From: Ramazzottius varieornatus
Taxonomy: Eukaryota > Animalia > Tardigrada
DNA length: 64,000 bases
Direction of reading: 5' to 3'
Assembly (NCBI GenBank): GCA_001949185.1
Contig: BDGG01000018.1
Coordinates: forward strand, 186,001 to 250,000
Made by a program: the position numbers and the translations under genes. Positions within the stretch are counted from its first letter, which is position 1. The number at the start of each line of letters is the position of its first letter. The notes below the pieces were generated by a model. That model was given only the letters and a program-made list of their open reading frames with translations, was not told the origin of the DNA and did no database searches. This document shows, one piece after another, positions 1 to 13,817 of this stretch.

Positions 1-348
1 GTTTCCTCAAAATTTGAAAAGTTGTTGATTCAGACAAAGCTTGTTTTTCTAAAAGGTTTTCCGGCACTCTGATTCAGCGCAGTCTGTCTCAGACAATTGT
101 GATTCAGATAGGTCATGAATTTGGCTACGCTTTCAGGTTTTTACTTTCCGGAATACAATTCAGACCATTTCGAGAAATCTTGTTTCTAGACGACCACCCT
201 TTATTTTCGCACGATTTTGTAAGAGTGGCTGTATTAGTGAATCAACAAGTGGTACAATGGATCACGATGTTTTTATGGGTCGCTGGATTACCACTAAAGG
301 GTTTACAATTAGCAGTTTTCAATTAAGATTGCAACTGAGTGAAAAAAT

Positions 349-409
349 CTTGGCCGGACCTTTTCGCTGTTTCTCCCCGAGGAAGAAACAGCGAAAAGGT
401 CCGGCCAAG
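349..409. repeat. Perfect 26-bp inverted repeat (hairpin), 9-nt loop; probably the core of a MITE
   Basis: CTTGGCCGGACCTTTTCGCTGTTTCT-ccccgagga-AGAAACAGCGAAAAGGTCCGGCCAAG. Confidence 0.85.
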
Positions 410-1171
410 GCAGTTCCGCGGTTGCACCTTCCCTGATCCCAGGTCAAATCTGGGCTTCTGGTAGACGTTCTTCGAGACCAATCTATTTTTAGATGGTGGC
501 AAAAGAGATGCCAAAGTAAGGATAAACAGTTAGGAGGACGAACATACACTCAGCCAAAAGCACCATATTTGGTAAAAGGTGGTAGCAAGTTGGCGAACTC
601 ACCCTGTAGTTAACACTGGTAACTCAATGCGTCACTGGGTCTTTGCTCGGGAAGCCGCTATTGGTAAATTCGACAAGTCAGCGATAGGGAACGTCAATTC
701 ATTAGATAAGAAAGATCAAGGTATCTAGTAGCGTGGACGACACGACAGTGGTGTGCGAGAACTTGCTGGTGGCTGATATCAGGGTCGGTAGAGTACTGGT
801 CTGGGAGGTTGACTGCCCGAACGGTTAAGATGGCCATAGCTTTATGGAAAACTTCACACAAGCTTTGCCGCAACAAGGAAAAACAAGGTTTTGATTGGTC
901 AGGTGCGTGCACGTCATCGCCCAGTCATGGTAAGGTGGTGCGTCCCGTGCGTGATAACTAAGGTAACTTGTAATTACATGCAAGTACATGCACACACTGC
1001 CGACCTGTAGGCTATTGCGTGGCCAATCTGGCAACCAACAATGGGATGCGACAAGTTCTTGCATACGCCACCTGGTATGCATGAACTGGCATAGGCATTG
1101 AATCAGACTTTAGACGATTTCTGGATCTTCTTCTCGTCTCCTGTTATCCCCTTGTCTACCTTGCTTTCATA

Positions 1172-2882
1172 GGTTCCCAGGATTGATTTTAATTTGTGCA
1201 GAAGAGGTAAGCTGGATATACGTCACCGTTTTTTCGGCCAGTGGGAAGAAAAAAATGGATTCTTCCGGCTGTCTTGATGTAGGTCGATAGCACATGGTTC
1301 TTGAGGTGTAGGAGAGACGAATCGAGCCGATCTGACGGTTAACTGCACTTTAATGACCGGCCAAATTTTGTCGACTGGTGAAGCGTGAGATCCGTCTTAC
1401 TATATGTCCACGGTGCTCGCTTGCGCACTCATAACGCAACCTCGAGAATGTAGGTAGTCGTTACTGAAGGAAAGAGTAAAGCCGCTTTAAGTGAACAAAG
1501 CAACACTGAACGCATGGTCAGCTTTGTTCGCGCATGGCAACACCTAAGCCAGTCTTTTTCTTGCACGTAGCTGTGAAAATATTCGAGAGTGAACCAGCCG
1601 AAAGCTGTAGGCGCAAGCAAGATGCAAGTTCAGAAGATTCTGGCAGGTTCGCTCAGAGTTTCACGATGTTTGTACTCAGTCCTGGTTTGTCCGCGATGCC
1701 ATGACGAGAATCCGAATAACAACTTCTTGTTCTGGAAATTATGATTTAATCGACTTTTGAATTTTAATGTGTCTGGATATTAGAGAGACGGCGAATAATC
1801 TTATGTTATCATCAGAATAATATTGAAATCCGAAACGATAGAATTCTGTGGAGATTCGTTAAGAGCTGTTTCCGTAATGAAAGCGTGCTTATCAGTGAAA
1901 GCATTGCACATATTGATATTACTTGTCCGCATCCAACCCATGAAGTTCTGGATCCAGGCCTTGTTGATCGTCTCATCCGCATCCTCCATGTCCGCGAGGT
2001 TAATTTCGCGCGTTGGCTCCGCAGCCAGCGGCAAGTGACCGAGTGGTCGCTAAACATACTTTTGAGCGACTTGTTTGTGGTCGAATCGGTACTCTTTATG
2101 GTCATTCAACGTTGAGAAGGAACATTCGCCTCTGCTCCGTGAGCGAGTAGACGTCGCAGTTGCTAATACGATACTTCAGTGTTTCGCTTGCAGTCTCAGG
2201 GAAACGCGTTTCTTTCACCTGAAAAAGATTAATTTTTAATCCGGAAACAACGATTGTTAATAACTGGAATAATACACAACATGACGTGTACCTTTTCAGC
2301 TTCATGAATGCAATTTTCTGCATGTATGTCATCGGACTTCTGAAAGTGCTTGCCAATAACAAACGGACGCGGATTAGATTGCGTAACTCACGCCTCTTGG
2401 ACAGAAAAATTTGCGTTCGTTTGCCTCTAATACCATTACTTTTTTGTGATGAGTGCCTATGCAGTATCTGCTTTGCTCTGTGAAACCGAACTTGTCATGT
2501 TAAAGCATTCAGCTCGATCCATTGCGTCGGCATTGCTCATTATCGCTTGTCGCATAACGTGTAACATAAAAATGCGCAGTGCTGTTGTTGATAAGTGTAA
2601 TTTTTTACAGGAAAACTAACCTTATAATACCATGATCATGATTATAAGCACAGAAGGGTCCACTGAGACACTATACCGTTTGGGAATAGTCGACCGGTCA
2701 TTAAAGTGCAGTTAACCGACAGATCGGCTCGATTCTTTTTTCCTACACCTTAGGAACCATGTACTATCGACCTGCACCAAGACACCCGGAAAAATCCATT
2801 TTTTTCTTCCCATTGGTCGAAAAAATGGTGACGTATATCCAGCTTGCCTCTTCTGCACAAATTAAATTCAATCCTGGGAATC
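1172..2882. mobile_element. Non-autonomous DNA transposon, ~190-bp imperfect TIRs, TA flanks (Tc1/mariner-like target)
   Basis: 1172-1361 (GGTTCCCAGGATTGATTTTAATTTGTGCAGAAGAGG...GCACTTTAATGACCGG) is the near reverse complement of ~2693-2882; TA on both sides; no intact internal ORF. Confidence 0.85.
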
Positions 2883-4512
2883 TATACTTGCTGTCGCTCA
2901 TTTCTCATGGATTGAGCAAGTGAACAGCCTTCATGGAAGTTGTCAGAGGATGTGTGGTGGACTACTGGCTACCTGACTGCTGTTGTTTTATGCTAGCCGA
3001 AGAAGCCCCGTGTAATCTTCTCCGCCGTCTCCTACCAGTTGTGCTCGGCTTTCCCGTCTTCCTGTTTGGTTTCTTCCTGTGCTGTTGGATAGGGTACGTG
3101 GCTGGCCTTCAAAGGTTTATCACGTGATGCATAGTTGACTCGTCGTTTAACCTGACTGATTGTGTTTCAGTCGACGAAGCATCCTGCCCCACCATTGCCT
3201 GCTGGCTGTTGTCGGCGGTTTCGCGTCTTCTCCTCGCCTCAACGGTCATTCCTTTAGTCTTTGCTGCCCGTTCAAGCTACACTAGAGTCCCCTGCGCATT
3301 TCTGTTTTGTTTTCTCCTAAATTAGTGGCAGTGAGAGCAGGGATATACGCTATTGATATATTTGTATGCACGTGAGTGTCTCAGGTCGACTTTCATATTG
3401 TGGTGCATGTAACTTCCAGATTTATAACACGTGCGAGACAATACATCCGAACATATATCCAGCGCATCATTCTCTGAGCAGTTACAATACATTTTAGTAA
3501 AATATGGACGTCATCATTTCTGGTGGGCGTGTCGGTGTGTTCTCGCCTCCTTCAATCAGTTTTCAAACTGTGTTTCCACTGTTCCGACTTTCGATATAGC
3601 CGTGTTGTGCTGCTGTAAGACCAGTAGTCAACTGATCCTGCTGATATCAAGGACGACACCGTGGCTCGAGTGCTCCTGTTGATCGGTGACATGTCGGCGC
3701 TGACTTTGAAGAACCGGGCTCTTCGCCCCATCGCTGGACATTTTTCGTCGCTAAATAGGCCTGGACCGATAAAGAATGCTCTAAATGCCGGTAACAAAAC
3801 ATTGATACATAAGGTATTTGAAGCTTTCGCTCTTTGGGAAGCGTCTGCTGCTGTCGCTCCTAATTAACCGTATTCGCCCTGAAACCCATGACCAGCCCGA
3901 GTTTGTATACAGTACATCCTCCTTCGACAGTTACTCCAGTTTTGACCATTGACTCTATTTCTTTAAGTTTGTTTCACCGCCTCCGATACTGTCCCCGTAT
4001 GTTGTAGTTGGACGGTTCGTCGGCTGAACCTGTCCTGTACGTATTGTGTGCGTACGGTTTTGTAGTGACCCTCCCAAAAGCTGACAGACAGAAGGATAAA
4101 CGGATATCGATCAAAACGACTGCGTGATTAAATTGGTATCTCATCTGCGGTCAATGGGGATCAATGATACTCTATTATGGTCAAAGTGGTGATTAATTTG
4201 CAATTGATAAATGATTATCCACATATGCTTCAACACATGCATGCACAGACTCTGCAGTTCCCGACTTTGATATGCACAGCTTTGCATCGTCCCTGCCATG
4301 CTAGTAGATTTCCTCCTCCGTTTATCACGTACATCTAGTTTTCCCATACGACAAGCACCACTTTTACGCCCGATAGCTTTGCCTCACAGTCGTCGAGAGG
4401 TTCTTGGGCCTCTTTACCGAGATCGACCGCTGCCGATAGTTTTTTGTACTGATACTTTTCTCTTGCAAAGAGCCAAGCGTATCCAGCGATCCAAGAGTAT
4501 TCAGCTTCTGCT

Positions 4513-5540
4513 ATGTCTAACCCATTGCAGTTCCGGGGCTTCGTCCGCCATTACTCCACATTTCAACCTCCACTGCTAACGGGCCCCGCAGACCTTGCTT
4601 TCGCCACTGACATGTATCGAGCTCGACCACCGGCCTTGGACAAGACAGCGCCATCAAGTAACAGGCAACCTCCGTCCGAAACGACCAACGCTTGTCGCCG
4701 CTACCGAAACTGGATGGTCGAGAACGAGGACGACGAAGAAAGCGTTAACAGTAACGACTCGACCAGTTCGCCAGTCCGAGGCCAGTCTAGCAGCACAGAA
4801 GCCGATTCTGATTTACCATCTCCCTCCCATCTGACCTTTTGTAAGTGCATGTTGCCATTTTGTAGTGTCGGGAATCAGATGTCGATGACACTCTAATCTA
4901 TGGAGCTATATGTCCGTACTATTGAGTAATATGAACTTCAATCTGTTTGACAGTTTCGCGCAAGAAGCGAGATTCGAAGAAGGAGCGAAGAGCTCGAACG
5001 ACCTTCAGCAGCCAGCAAACGCAGCTACTGGAGCTGGAGTACCAACGCTCCGAGTACGTCACTCGCCCTCGTCGCTACGAGCTGGCCACTCAACTTTGCC
5101 TCAAGGAAGTCCAAATCAAGATATGGTACCAAAATCGGCGAGCCAAGGATAAACGTATCGAGAAAGCCACTTGGGACCGCCAATATCGGTAGGTAGAGGG
5201 ACTAATGACCCCACACCATCATTGCATTTATTGTATAGCAACACATTGATTTGCCGATGGCGTGCCAATAACTGTTTCGTAGCGGGGAAATGGGGTTAAC
5301 CCAAAGTGTTTAATGGTTATCATTTCCGTTGGATTTTGCAGCTGTCTAGCATTAACTAGGAATAGCAGGCAACTTCCTTCCTCGCCATCGACCACCGGCA
5401 ATTATGGGCTCAATCCCCCGCTCACTCCAGCTTCCTTTCCGCCAGCACCACTTCGACTTCCGCTGCACATGTTCCCCACATCCGCCGCCTCATTCCCACT
5501 CCCCCTGCTCCAACAAGTCCGCCCTCATAATAGTAATTGA
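4513..5540 (+). CDS. ro: Rough-family homeobox transcription factor; exons 4513-4840, 4954-5188, 5342-5540
   Basis: Homeodomain RRARTTFSSQQTQLLELEYQRSEYVTRPRRYELATQLCLKEVQIKIWYQNRRAKDKRIEKA; the AKDKRIEKA..D.QYR end is typical of Rough; GT-AG introns keep the frame. Confidence 0.88.
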
Positions 5541-6282
5541 TAACATCGTACAGTAGCAAATCATAGTCTGCTTCATCTTTGCATCTGAAAATAATCAGTG
5601 CCATTTTCCCATATAATATATTACACTTATTTGAGGGATGAAGTGGCTGTGTTCGTATTATTTTAAGCTCTTGATTGGGTCATGAGAAGTATCATCGGTG
5701 ATCAGTTTTCGATTGGCGCTTAGCAAAAAGGATTGCGTGTTTAAAGGGCGTTTGAACAAGTCGATCATCGACAAGGCGATATCCGCCCTCAAATCAGTGC
5801 AGCAATGTTCGACCTCGTTAACGGCCTTCACGAGCGCAAAACGAGGAAATGATTCGTGAAGATGTGGCAGGAAGCCCGTCTGTACTTGTCGTGTAATCGG
5901 TCACGCGAACAAGTCTTCCACTCACAAACAACCATCAAACTTTCCACCTGCCCTGTCTTACAGCCATTCACTGTATATTCAAACCGGTTCACAGGACAAA
6001 AACTCGAATACTCGTCGGACCACAGCTAACAAGAAAAAACCCTACCCAGTCATAAACTGTACACCAAAATAAAACAAACAGAAAATAATCGTCGTCATAT
6101 AAATCTTTTCGGAATGCGGTAAACGCAATAAACGTCGCTGATTGAAAAAGACAGACGCAAAAGCTGCAAAAGGAGATCAAATAACGATTTTGATTCGTCA
6201 TGAATGAAAAAATCAACGTGGAAAACAACAACAAAGGAAACGTTCATTTTTGATTTACAACAGAGAAAGAGTGCAGTTTTCA

Positions 6283-9200
6283 TTATAGTGGTTCATGCGG
6301 CGACTTGAACTGAAACATATCCAGCCGGTTGGTAATCTGCGGAAAAGCGAAGCTTCGCGCCGGCGTCAGCTTGCCGCTCTTTCGTGTACTCGATGTCGTC
6401 GTAGAACTGAAGGTAACGCCAGGTATCGTCACACTTTCTTCAACCAATGTTATTTCTTCGACCGGCTGATCAACGACGCTTCGCCGACTAACATTCTCCG
6501 TGTTCTCCGCGCCGTTGATCACTTGTTCACGACGCTGCATTTCGGCAGCTCGTTCGAGGCGCTGGAAGGTCCCCACACAGACAGCTATCAAGGGTGCCTA
6601 ATCGAATGTAGAATAAATATGACTGCAGTTCGGCAAACAAGCTCCACAGGACTATTTGCCACAGTGGCGCACGTTCCCATCATTATCTGGTGATGTTGCG
6701 CGCCACTTGTGTAAGAACGATCTTGTCAAGATTGTTACTACTCAAGTGGCGTACGCTCCCAGTGTTACTGGCTGAAGCCTGCAATACTTGGGAAGACGAT
6801 GCTCTTGGGACATCCTTATACGAGGTATAGGACATAATTGAGGCTTAGGGATTTTAGGAGCATAATTCGGGCAACGCGGAAAGTTTAGGCTTCGTTATCA
6901 ACGCTTGATCGATTTCTCATCGTATACCTGTTGACACAACTTTGGGCATTTGTACACTGGACAGACGCGTCTCTCCCCAACGACAGATTCTTCTGACCTA
7001 CAGCATTTCATCGTTCCCAAACCTGTTAGACCTTGAGGAGAGAGAGATTAATCTACCTCTGAAATCAATAAAGACGTGATTACATGAAGCAAAAGCTCAG
7101 AAAAAATTCGCCCGAGTCATGATGCGAAAATGGCTATGGCCGAATTGTGTTCTCTACCTCGTAGGTCCCAAATATTCTAGTTGATATCTTCAGAACAAAT
7201 TCCAACCTGCTTAGAGTAGATGTGGAGGAGGCGTTTTTGGCAGGAGGAAGTTGGGCTGTCCACCGTGTTATGGAAGCTAACGGGGACGACCAGGTCCAAA
7301 CAAGCCGTGTCTTGGTTCTGTATGGCCTTCTCTTCTGAAGGCTCTCGAAAACTGAAGGATATTTCCTTGTGGGAAAACGCAAGCAAAACTTCCTGTGAGA
7401 AAATAAGAACAAGCTCGGAACAAGCTCAGGATAAGGACGAAGTGAAGGAGGGCAAGACGTACTGCTGAAATGCTTGCTGCCTTTAAGGAGGAAAGGACGA
7501 AGAAGCCTCGCTGGTTGACGGCCAGCAAGACCGACATTTCGTTCTGGTCGGAAAACAAGCTGGTAATGCTCAGGCTCATTGGTACGTCAACTGTGCCGTG
7601 AAACATGGCCGCACTGAAATTAAAACTCAGATGACTGGATAGACCCAAGTTCTATTGAAATTAGTCGATCGCTTCACGAATTTCTGAGAAATGAAGCTGA
7701 AGATTACCCATAAAGTACGTCTTGCTGGCATATTTCGAGATATCGTTGGCGAGCGTCGTCACGGTGTCGAATTTCTAGCATCTCGTACGCAGAGAGGATT
7801 TCGTTGATGGTATCCTCGCGCTTGCTGGAGAAAATGTTGGCAAACTGTGTGGGAAAGAGACCGGAAGGAAAGTAGCCTTCCATTGAGTCGCTGTCAAACA
7901 AGGAGACAAATCAAAGCCAGCTGTGTATCGTCTCCAGCATTTTTGCAGAGTGCAAAGAGACTTCTCACTGGAGTTGCTGCATCTTTTGAGGACTGATGGT
8001 ATTGGAGTATCTACCGTTATCGCGGAAGATGAGCAAACAGCCCAGCTTCAGCACGCTCTCCCGCGATAAAGCGTAACGCTTGCTCAGTACGTTGGACTTT
8101 GCTTCGTGGAAGAGCAGATGCTGCAGACGATGATCCGTCACCTACGGAAGAATAGCATATAGTGCATATCCCCTTTCAATTTTCAACGAACAGCGCACAG
8201 TGGCCTCCTTTTCGCAGAAAGAATTTACCTGCCGTTCGACGTCCACAGGCAACCAAATCGACCTTCTGACATAGACCACAGGAGCTAAAATCACAAAAGT
8301 TACACTATCAGCTTAAGAACGAAATTATACGGAAGAAAAGCTACGGCACAAGGAAAATAATAGGAAGGCAGGACGCACTTTGGTCGTTGGGCTTCAGTAC
8401 GGTGGAGTATCTTTGCATGTAATACTTCCAGTATTTCTGGATCCAAAATGGATTGTGGTGGGGCTTCAGCTGTACTTCTGTAAAAGACAAGTAAAAGCAA
8501 GTCGGGATATATACGGACTCAAACAGAGGGCAAAAAGGAGGGGTCGAAAAACAGAGGAAAAGAGCGCGCGACGGTAAAAACTGGCGTAACGACAGTGCGA
8601 TTCTAAGCGCAGTTTATTCCGCCGTGCGCTGTTGGGGGGCGTGACGACATGCCTATCTCCCGTAAGGAAATCTCACCCAAAGCGTCAGTCAAATTGGCAA
8701 ACCACACAGCCAAGCATTTTCGTCCTTGGTCAAAGTCCAGGCTTCGCTTCTTGATGACTATGTCCACCATTTCCCGAGCGAGACATTCGTAGCCAGTGAC
8801 GGGAATGAAGTCGATAGAGGTATAGTCCATCAGGTAGACCTTGATCTGCGCTCGAACTGCAAGCACCAGTCCCAATGACAAATATGCCTGATTGTTGATT
8901 GATACGGGCAAACCCATCTTCTTACCGAACAGATTCTCGATGAATTTGTCGAACGACTTGCCTCGGGGTCTCTTGACGGGAAAGAGGGGAAGCTCCGGCT
9001 CGGCAATGGTGGAAGAGACAGCTTCCGTTCCATCTCCTGTAAATGCAATCCAGTGGGTGCAACGAGTATTTTGGAGGTTAATATCGAACAGAATTTTCTA
9101 CTGCAGCACCTTCATCGAGTCCAGACAGTGGAGGAGCGGGACGGTCGTCCTTTCGACGTTTCTCCAATAGCACGCTACATTCATGGACGAGGTTTCCATG

Positions 9201-9323
9201 TTCATCGACACATTCGTCGATCTCGGTGATGGGAAAGACGGGTTTGCGGTGGAGGGCAGGAGGATGACGGCTGGTCGAACTGGAGGCTTCTCCGTTCTGC
9301 ACTCTGTTGGCGAAGGCGGCCAT
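6283..9323 (-). CDS. FRMD8: FERM-domain protein, FRMD8/iTAP-like; about 10 exons, 5' exon boundaries approximate
   Basis: Spliced peptides IKVYLMD, EVQLKPHHNPFWIQKYW, LLFHEAKSNVLSKRY, RYLEICQQDVLYG/AAMFHGTVDVP and RLLHIYSKQ follow the FRMD8 motifs EVQLKPKHQP, LLYEEAKGNV, PFYGCAFFHGEVD and LLKIYSKQ in the same order. Confidence 0.8.
6658..6795. repeat. Tandem pair of the N25 hairpin family in a FRMD8 intron
   Basis: Arms 6663-6672/6698-6707 and a degenerate copy 6745-6754/6779-6788 (24-nt spacer). Confidence 0.75.
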
Positions 9324-9870
9324 GGTTGTCGATCACGTCGCATAAGACTAGCCTTGCTGTCCCCCACTAGCGCCTCATCCTCGCTTCACTGCATTCCTCA
9401 TAACCATTAGACAAACGGACAGGCCATCAATCTTTTCCCTCGGCAAACATTCCATCACGCAGCTGCTGACGGAAGCTGTCACCTGAGCACCTCAGAATCA
9501 AATGGATAAAGGTAAACAAACCGCGTTGACGAGCCGTCGGGAGCCGAAGCACTGCAGCAGGCCATTCGGTGACTCGGGGGGAGGGGGGTTCCACCGTGGT
9601 ACCTACCACCAGTGACACCGATACCAATGCCACTCCCAAGTGATGAATCGTGGACAGTGGTCAGTGGCCACCGTTAACTATAAAGCGGTTGATTATGCGC
9701 CAGGCTGATTATCTTGATTGCCTCATGATAATCCTGAATTTTAATGTAAACAATCTCGTTCATGATGGGCTTCATCATCCTCGAGCTCATAAAGACTGGT
9801 GAGCAAAGTCGTTTGCTATGTTCCGCTCGGTACCAGCCATGAAATATTAGGAACTGACCTGCGCCTGCTC

Positions 9871-11243
9871 TAGTGATGTTGGCATATGCAAATCCGAATT
9901 CCGAACCTAATATAATTTTAATATAATATCGACCGTCCGGGTCGAATCTAATCTAGTATAATTTAATACGATGATGAGCGGATGGATGGGCTTCCTATCC
10001 GGACTGAAGCCGGTTGGATGAAACCTCCATCCGGGGAGACACTGGCTAATTTGAATTCCCAACCGGATGATCCGGTTTGCAACCGGATCGCGGTTCTACA
10101 ATGGAAATCGGTTTTGTAGTCCGGAACGGCTCGGAGCCGGCTCAAGCCGGTTCTAAGGTTGAGGCTCATCAACTGCATGCCCCCGTTCGACCGAAGGAGC
10201 GGAGACTTTATTTGAAACCCGACCCGAACTGAAGGCTGAACAGTCAGACTGGATGTTCCCCTCCAAGCCGGCCTGACAGAACCGGCCATGGCTCCAACCG
10301 GATAAAGAGTTGGTTGGGTGGACTTCTCATCCGGATCCGAACCGGATGGTTGGAAATCCCATCCAATCCGAATTCTAGCCGTATTGTCCCGGATCCGTCC
10401 GTTGATGGGTTGGTTCCTAAAAACCCTAACGCCAAACCGGTTTAATTGAAATGATTTCCCCCACAAACCACCGAAAGTAATTTGATCTAATTCTCAAACC
10501 AAACCATTTAAACCAAACCACATAAACTACCGGTTTGAACCGGTTTGCAGATAAATTTACAATCTATGGTACATAGTGAAAATCTGCTGATGTTTTCTCA
10601 CAGTTGATCAGTGCCAACAGAACAATCCACCGAGGTAACCGTCAGCGACATGAAGGGATAATGCGACCAGGATATTGCTGCCTGGATGCACCGGTAGAAA
10701 ACACGGAATGGGTTGACAAACGCACTGCGGAAGAAAAAATTCGGCAGGCCGATACAAGTCTCTCTACTGGCACAAGTCGCTCTACTGGTGCATCCATGCC
10801 AGCCTGGGCGCAAACCTGCCAAACTGAGTTGGTGCAGCCTTCCGTCTAAATCTTCCCTCTACCGCAGACCATACTAAACCATTTGAACCAGTAGTCTATG
10901 TGGTTTGGTGTCTTGTCGAAACCGGTTTACGTGGTTTGGTTTGAGATGCTATATGGTTTGAGGTGGTTTGGTTTGTGTCTCGAACTACAGAAGGCTCGGC
11001 GAAGCTAAAAGAAGCCGTTTTATCCGTTCTTAGCGGTGGCTAAAAAGTTTATTAAATCAACATTAAATTAGGTGTAAGATGGCTTATTTTGGCTAATATA
11101 TCACATTAAACCCAGCTCATCAGGTGCAAAAACGACCTAATATAATATAAATAACATCCGTTTAACCGCTTAACCTTTCATGAACAACCCTATTTGGCGT
11201 GCAAACCACCACTTAAATCAAACCAAACTATGTGGTTTAGACT
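9871..11243. mobile_element. hAT-like non-autonomous element(s) rich in CCGGA/AACCGG/AAACC subrepeats; right end approximate
   Basis: Starts TAGTGATGTT with an AT-rich subterminal block shared with 38347; AAACC arrays at ~10495-10530 mirrored by GGTTT arrays at ~10900-10975. Confidence 0.55.
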
Positions 11244-11356
11244 AGCTCTGTCTATCGATTGTCCAGTGGAGCGATATTCACCTGGACCTTCACCAGGAGA
11301 TTTCCCTTCACTTTGCCACTCTGCGGCGGGCGAAATACTTCAGGTAAGATAGATTA

Positions 11357-11615
11357 CAGAGATTAAGTTGCCCCTCCGGTTCACTTTGCAACTGTTGCTA
11401 CGGCCTTGCTCCGCTCCTTTCGTGACGTGTAACTACATTTTGCTTTCCGGAGCTCCCCTTATTTTCGAAAAATAGCGTAATCGGAGCTGCGGTTGGCTAG
11501 CATTGGGAAGCATGGTGGCTGCCCAACTATTCAGAGTTCTGATCAGCTGCTGCGCTTATGAGTGACGTTGCAGCTACAGTCGGACTTCCATCCTGCGGTG
11601 GCAACTTAATGTCTG
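11357..11615. mobile_element. MITE, 16-bp TIR, TA target duplication
   Basis: TA|CAGAGATTAAGTTGCC ... GGCAACTTAATGTCTG|TA. Confidence 0.75.
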
Positions 11616-11620
11616 TATTA

Positions 11621-11772
11621 TTGAGTTAGCCGGCTGTAGGAGCGATTGTTGAGTTGGCCACCAGTTATCAGGAGTAGGCCTTCAAAAGGCCTACTCGCTG
11701 CCGTCTATGGCTAACTCAAAAACCTCGGCCTACGCCGGCTAACTCAACAATCGCTCAGCCGTACCTACTCAA
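11621..11772. repeat. Palindromic MITE-like element built from TTGAGTTAGCC units
   Basis: GAGCGATTGTTGAGTTGGCC pairs with GGCTAACTCAACAATCGCTC; central hairpin GAGTAGGCCTT-caa-AAGGCCTACTC. Confidence 0.65.
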
Positions 11773-12307
11773 TGACCTGATGTGTGAACTTTGTCGTACG
11801 TTCAGGGTTTCAAAGCGTGGGATGGAGTTTTGAAGATTGAGGGATCGACATTGACGTCAGCTCTGGTACTTGATGCAAGCGACTGGAAACTGAACGGTAG
11901 TACAGCTGGCCCCACTTTGCGGATCGAGGCCTTTCTCGCGACTGATCTAATACCCACCTGACCAAAGCACTCTATATTGACCTCTAGTCCGCAACAATAG
12001 CGAAGGTCGTCGACGAACCGAGGATACAACAAGAATTGTACACTAAGGTGACCTGCACAGAAACTATTTAGTTGTCTCTTTATTCCAGCTTGTAAACCAA
12101 TGCAACCCGTATTTGCAGTACGCCTCCATTGTTCTTCCATGTGGTAGCAGCTTGCAGAAGTGCCTTTCCGATAACACGTTGCGGATAAGGCACTCTTTGG
12201 AACATAGGGAAGTAAAGCGCCGCCACTACGCCAGAAAAGAGCGGAATCATCGCTTGCACTGTGGGATGCTCTGCTGTAATGATACTAATAGTAAATTAGT
12301 TCGAGTA

Positions 12308-12720
12308 TACGCACGACGAGATATTACGGGCCAGGCGGTTAGACGGCAAATTTACAATTTTTATGGAAGTCAGAAACAGAAATCGCACAAATGGCGTTAC
12401 GTAGTAAAATTCAACGGTAGAAAATTGTCATGGACAGTGCCCATCAGCTGATCAGCTGTATTACTCTAACGCTTCCATGCTACTGTCGACTTTCTCCCGG
12501 AGGAGCCTTGGAATAGTTTGAACTGTTGAAGGTATAATGGAGATCTGACTGCTATACCATTAATATGACAAGCTTTAGCACCCCAATATCCAGCACGCAC
12601 GTACAGCAGTGCAGCCTTCGATGTGGTTTTTACTTGAAGCAAGAATCACCTACCCGCGACGCCGTAGCGAAAGGGCCTGGTCCGTAATTTTTACTGGCCC
12701 GTAATATCTCGTCGTGCGTG
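12308..12720. mobile_element. MITE, longer member of the CACGCACGACG family
   Basis: TA|TACGCACGACGAGATATTACGGGCCAG ... CTGGCCCGTAATATCTCGTCGTGCGTG|TA; related to 24733-24917. Confidence 0.85.
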
Positions 12721-13817
12721 TACGTCACTTTTCGAACATTGTACTCAACTTCTACCGTTTACCTCGTTCGGGTTAAATCTTGTCGAAAAGGTCAGCCCCT
12801 TTTACTTTTTTATGCATGGGAATATATAGTGCAGAAGTCTAGTCCACTCGTCCGAGATGACTTGCATCCACCAGACCACGAAATTTGGCGTTCTAACAGG
12901 CCTTTAAATCAACTGACACACTAAACTTGTTCGGAAAGTCTGAAAAATTGCGGATTTATTCCTGGAATTCCAACTAGTATACCAAACTACGCCAGTTTTC
13001 CAAAACAGTAATTCCGCCGTTCCAAATCTCCGCCCACTTGGAAAGGAGAGGAATTTCTGGAAAGCAACGGAACGGAATTAGGAATGTACAACCTTAGGAA
13101 GAACAGTGCACGGATTTCGAACAAGTGGACTGTACTGTACAGTATATCCGGTTGCATTCATCTTCATCGTACTCAAGCTAATAAAGCTAATCCTCAAGCT
13201 AATCACGAATCATCATGCCATATACGAATAGAATATCAAATTAGAACGTGTTGGATGCTTTTCGCATGTAATATATCATATTACCATTTATTAGATTCCG
13301 CGCCGCACTCACGGACGGTTCGGACTTCGTGGCTTGAAAAGGACTGTTGCTTTGACTGACGTGCGCAGGATCCCAATTGCGGTGGCGCACCAGTCTTGCT
13401 GTAGTCAACAAAATGCCGTCTGCGTTTTGGGCGCTGCATCGCGTTTTGGAGTAGATTGTGCGTCAATGTCCTGACTGTCATCCCAGGGACGCCCACATGG
13501 CTGGAAAGAAGGGACCTCATTGAGTGTCAGCACAAGAGACAGCAGCCGACAAAGACTGAAGTGTTATTTTTGGACGGTAAAGACGTTTTCTTGACAAAGT
13601 TTTACACTGATAACTTATGAGCTTTCTCTACTGCAGAGATGTTAGGAAGGGAGTTTCTCTTCCTACAGATTTGAAATATTTTAATATCTTATAATAAGGA
13701 CCTGATAAACAAGATAATATATTAGAATCATTATCCTGCTCCATATTTTTTTTAAAAGCATAATGCCGGCCTGGTAGGACCAGACCGCACACACAAAAAA
13801 CAAACAAGCAATATCTA

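Noticed and set aside
2900-3870. Hydrophilic minus-strand sequence continuing across the 1172-2882 insertion site
   Set aside because: The reconstructed frame is short and bounded by stops, with no recognisable family.
9963-10466. 167-aa ORF
   Set aside because: Lies in CCGG-rich transposon subrepeats; no protein-like motifs.
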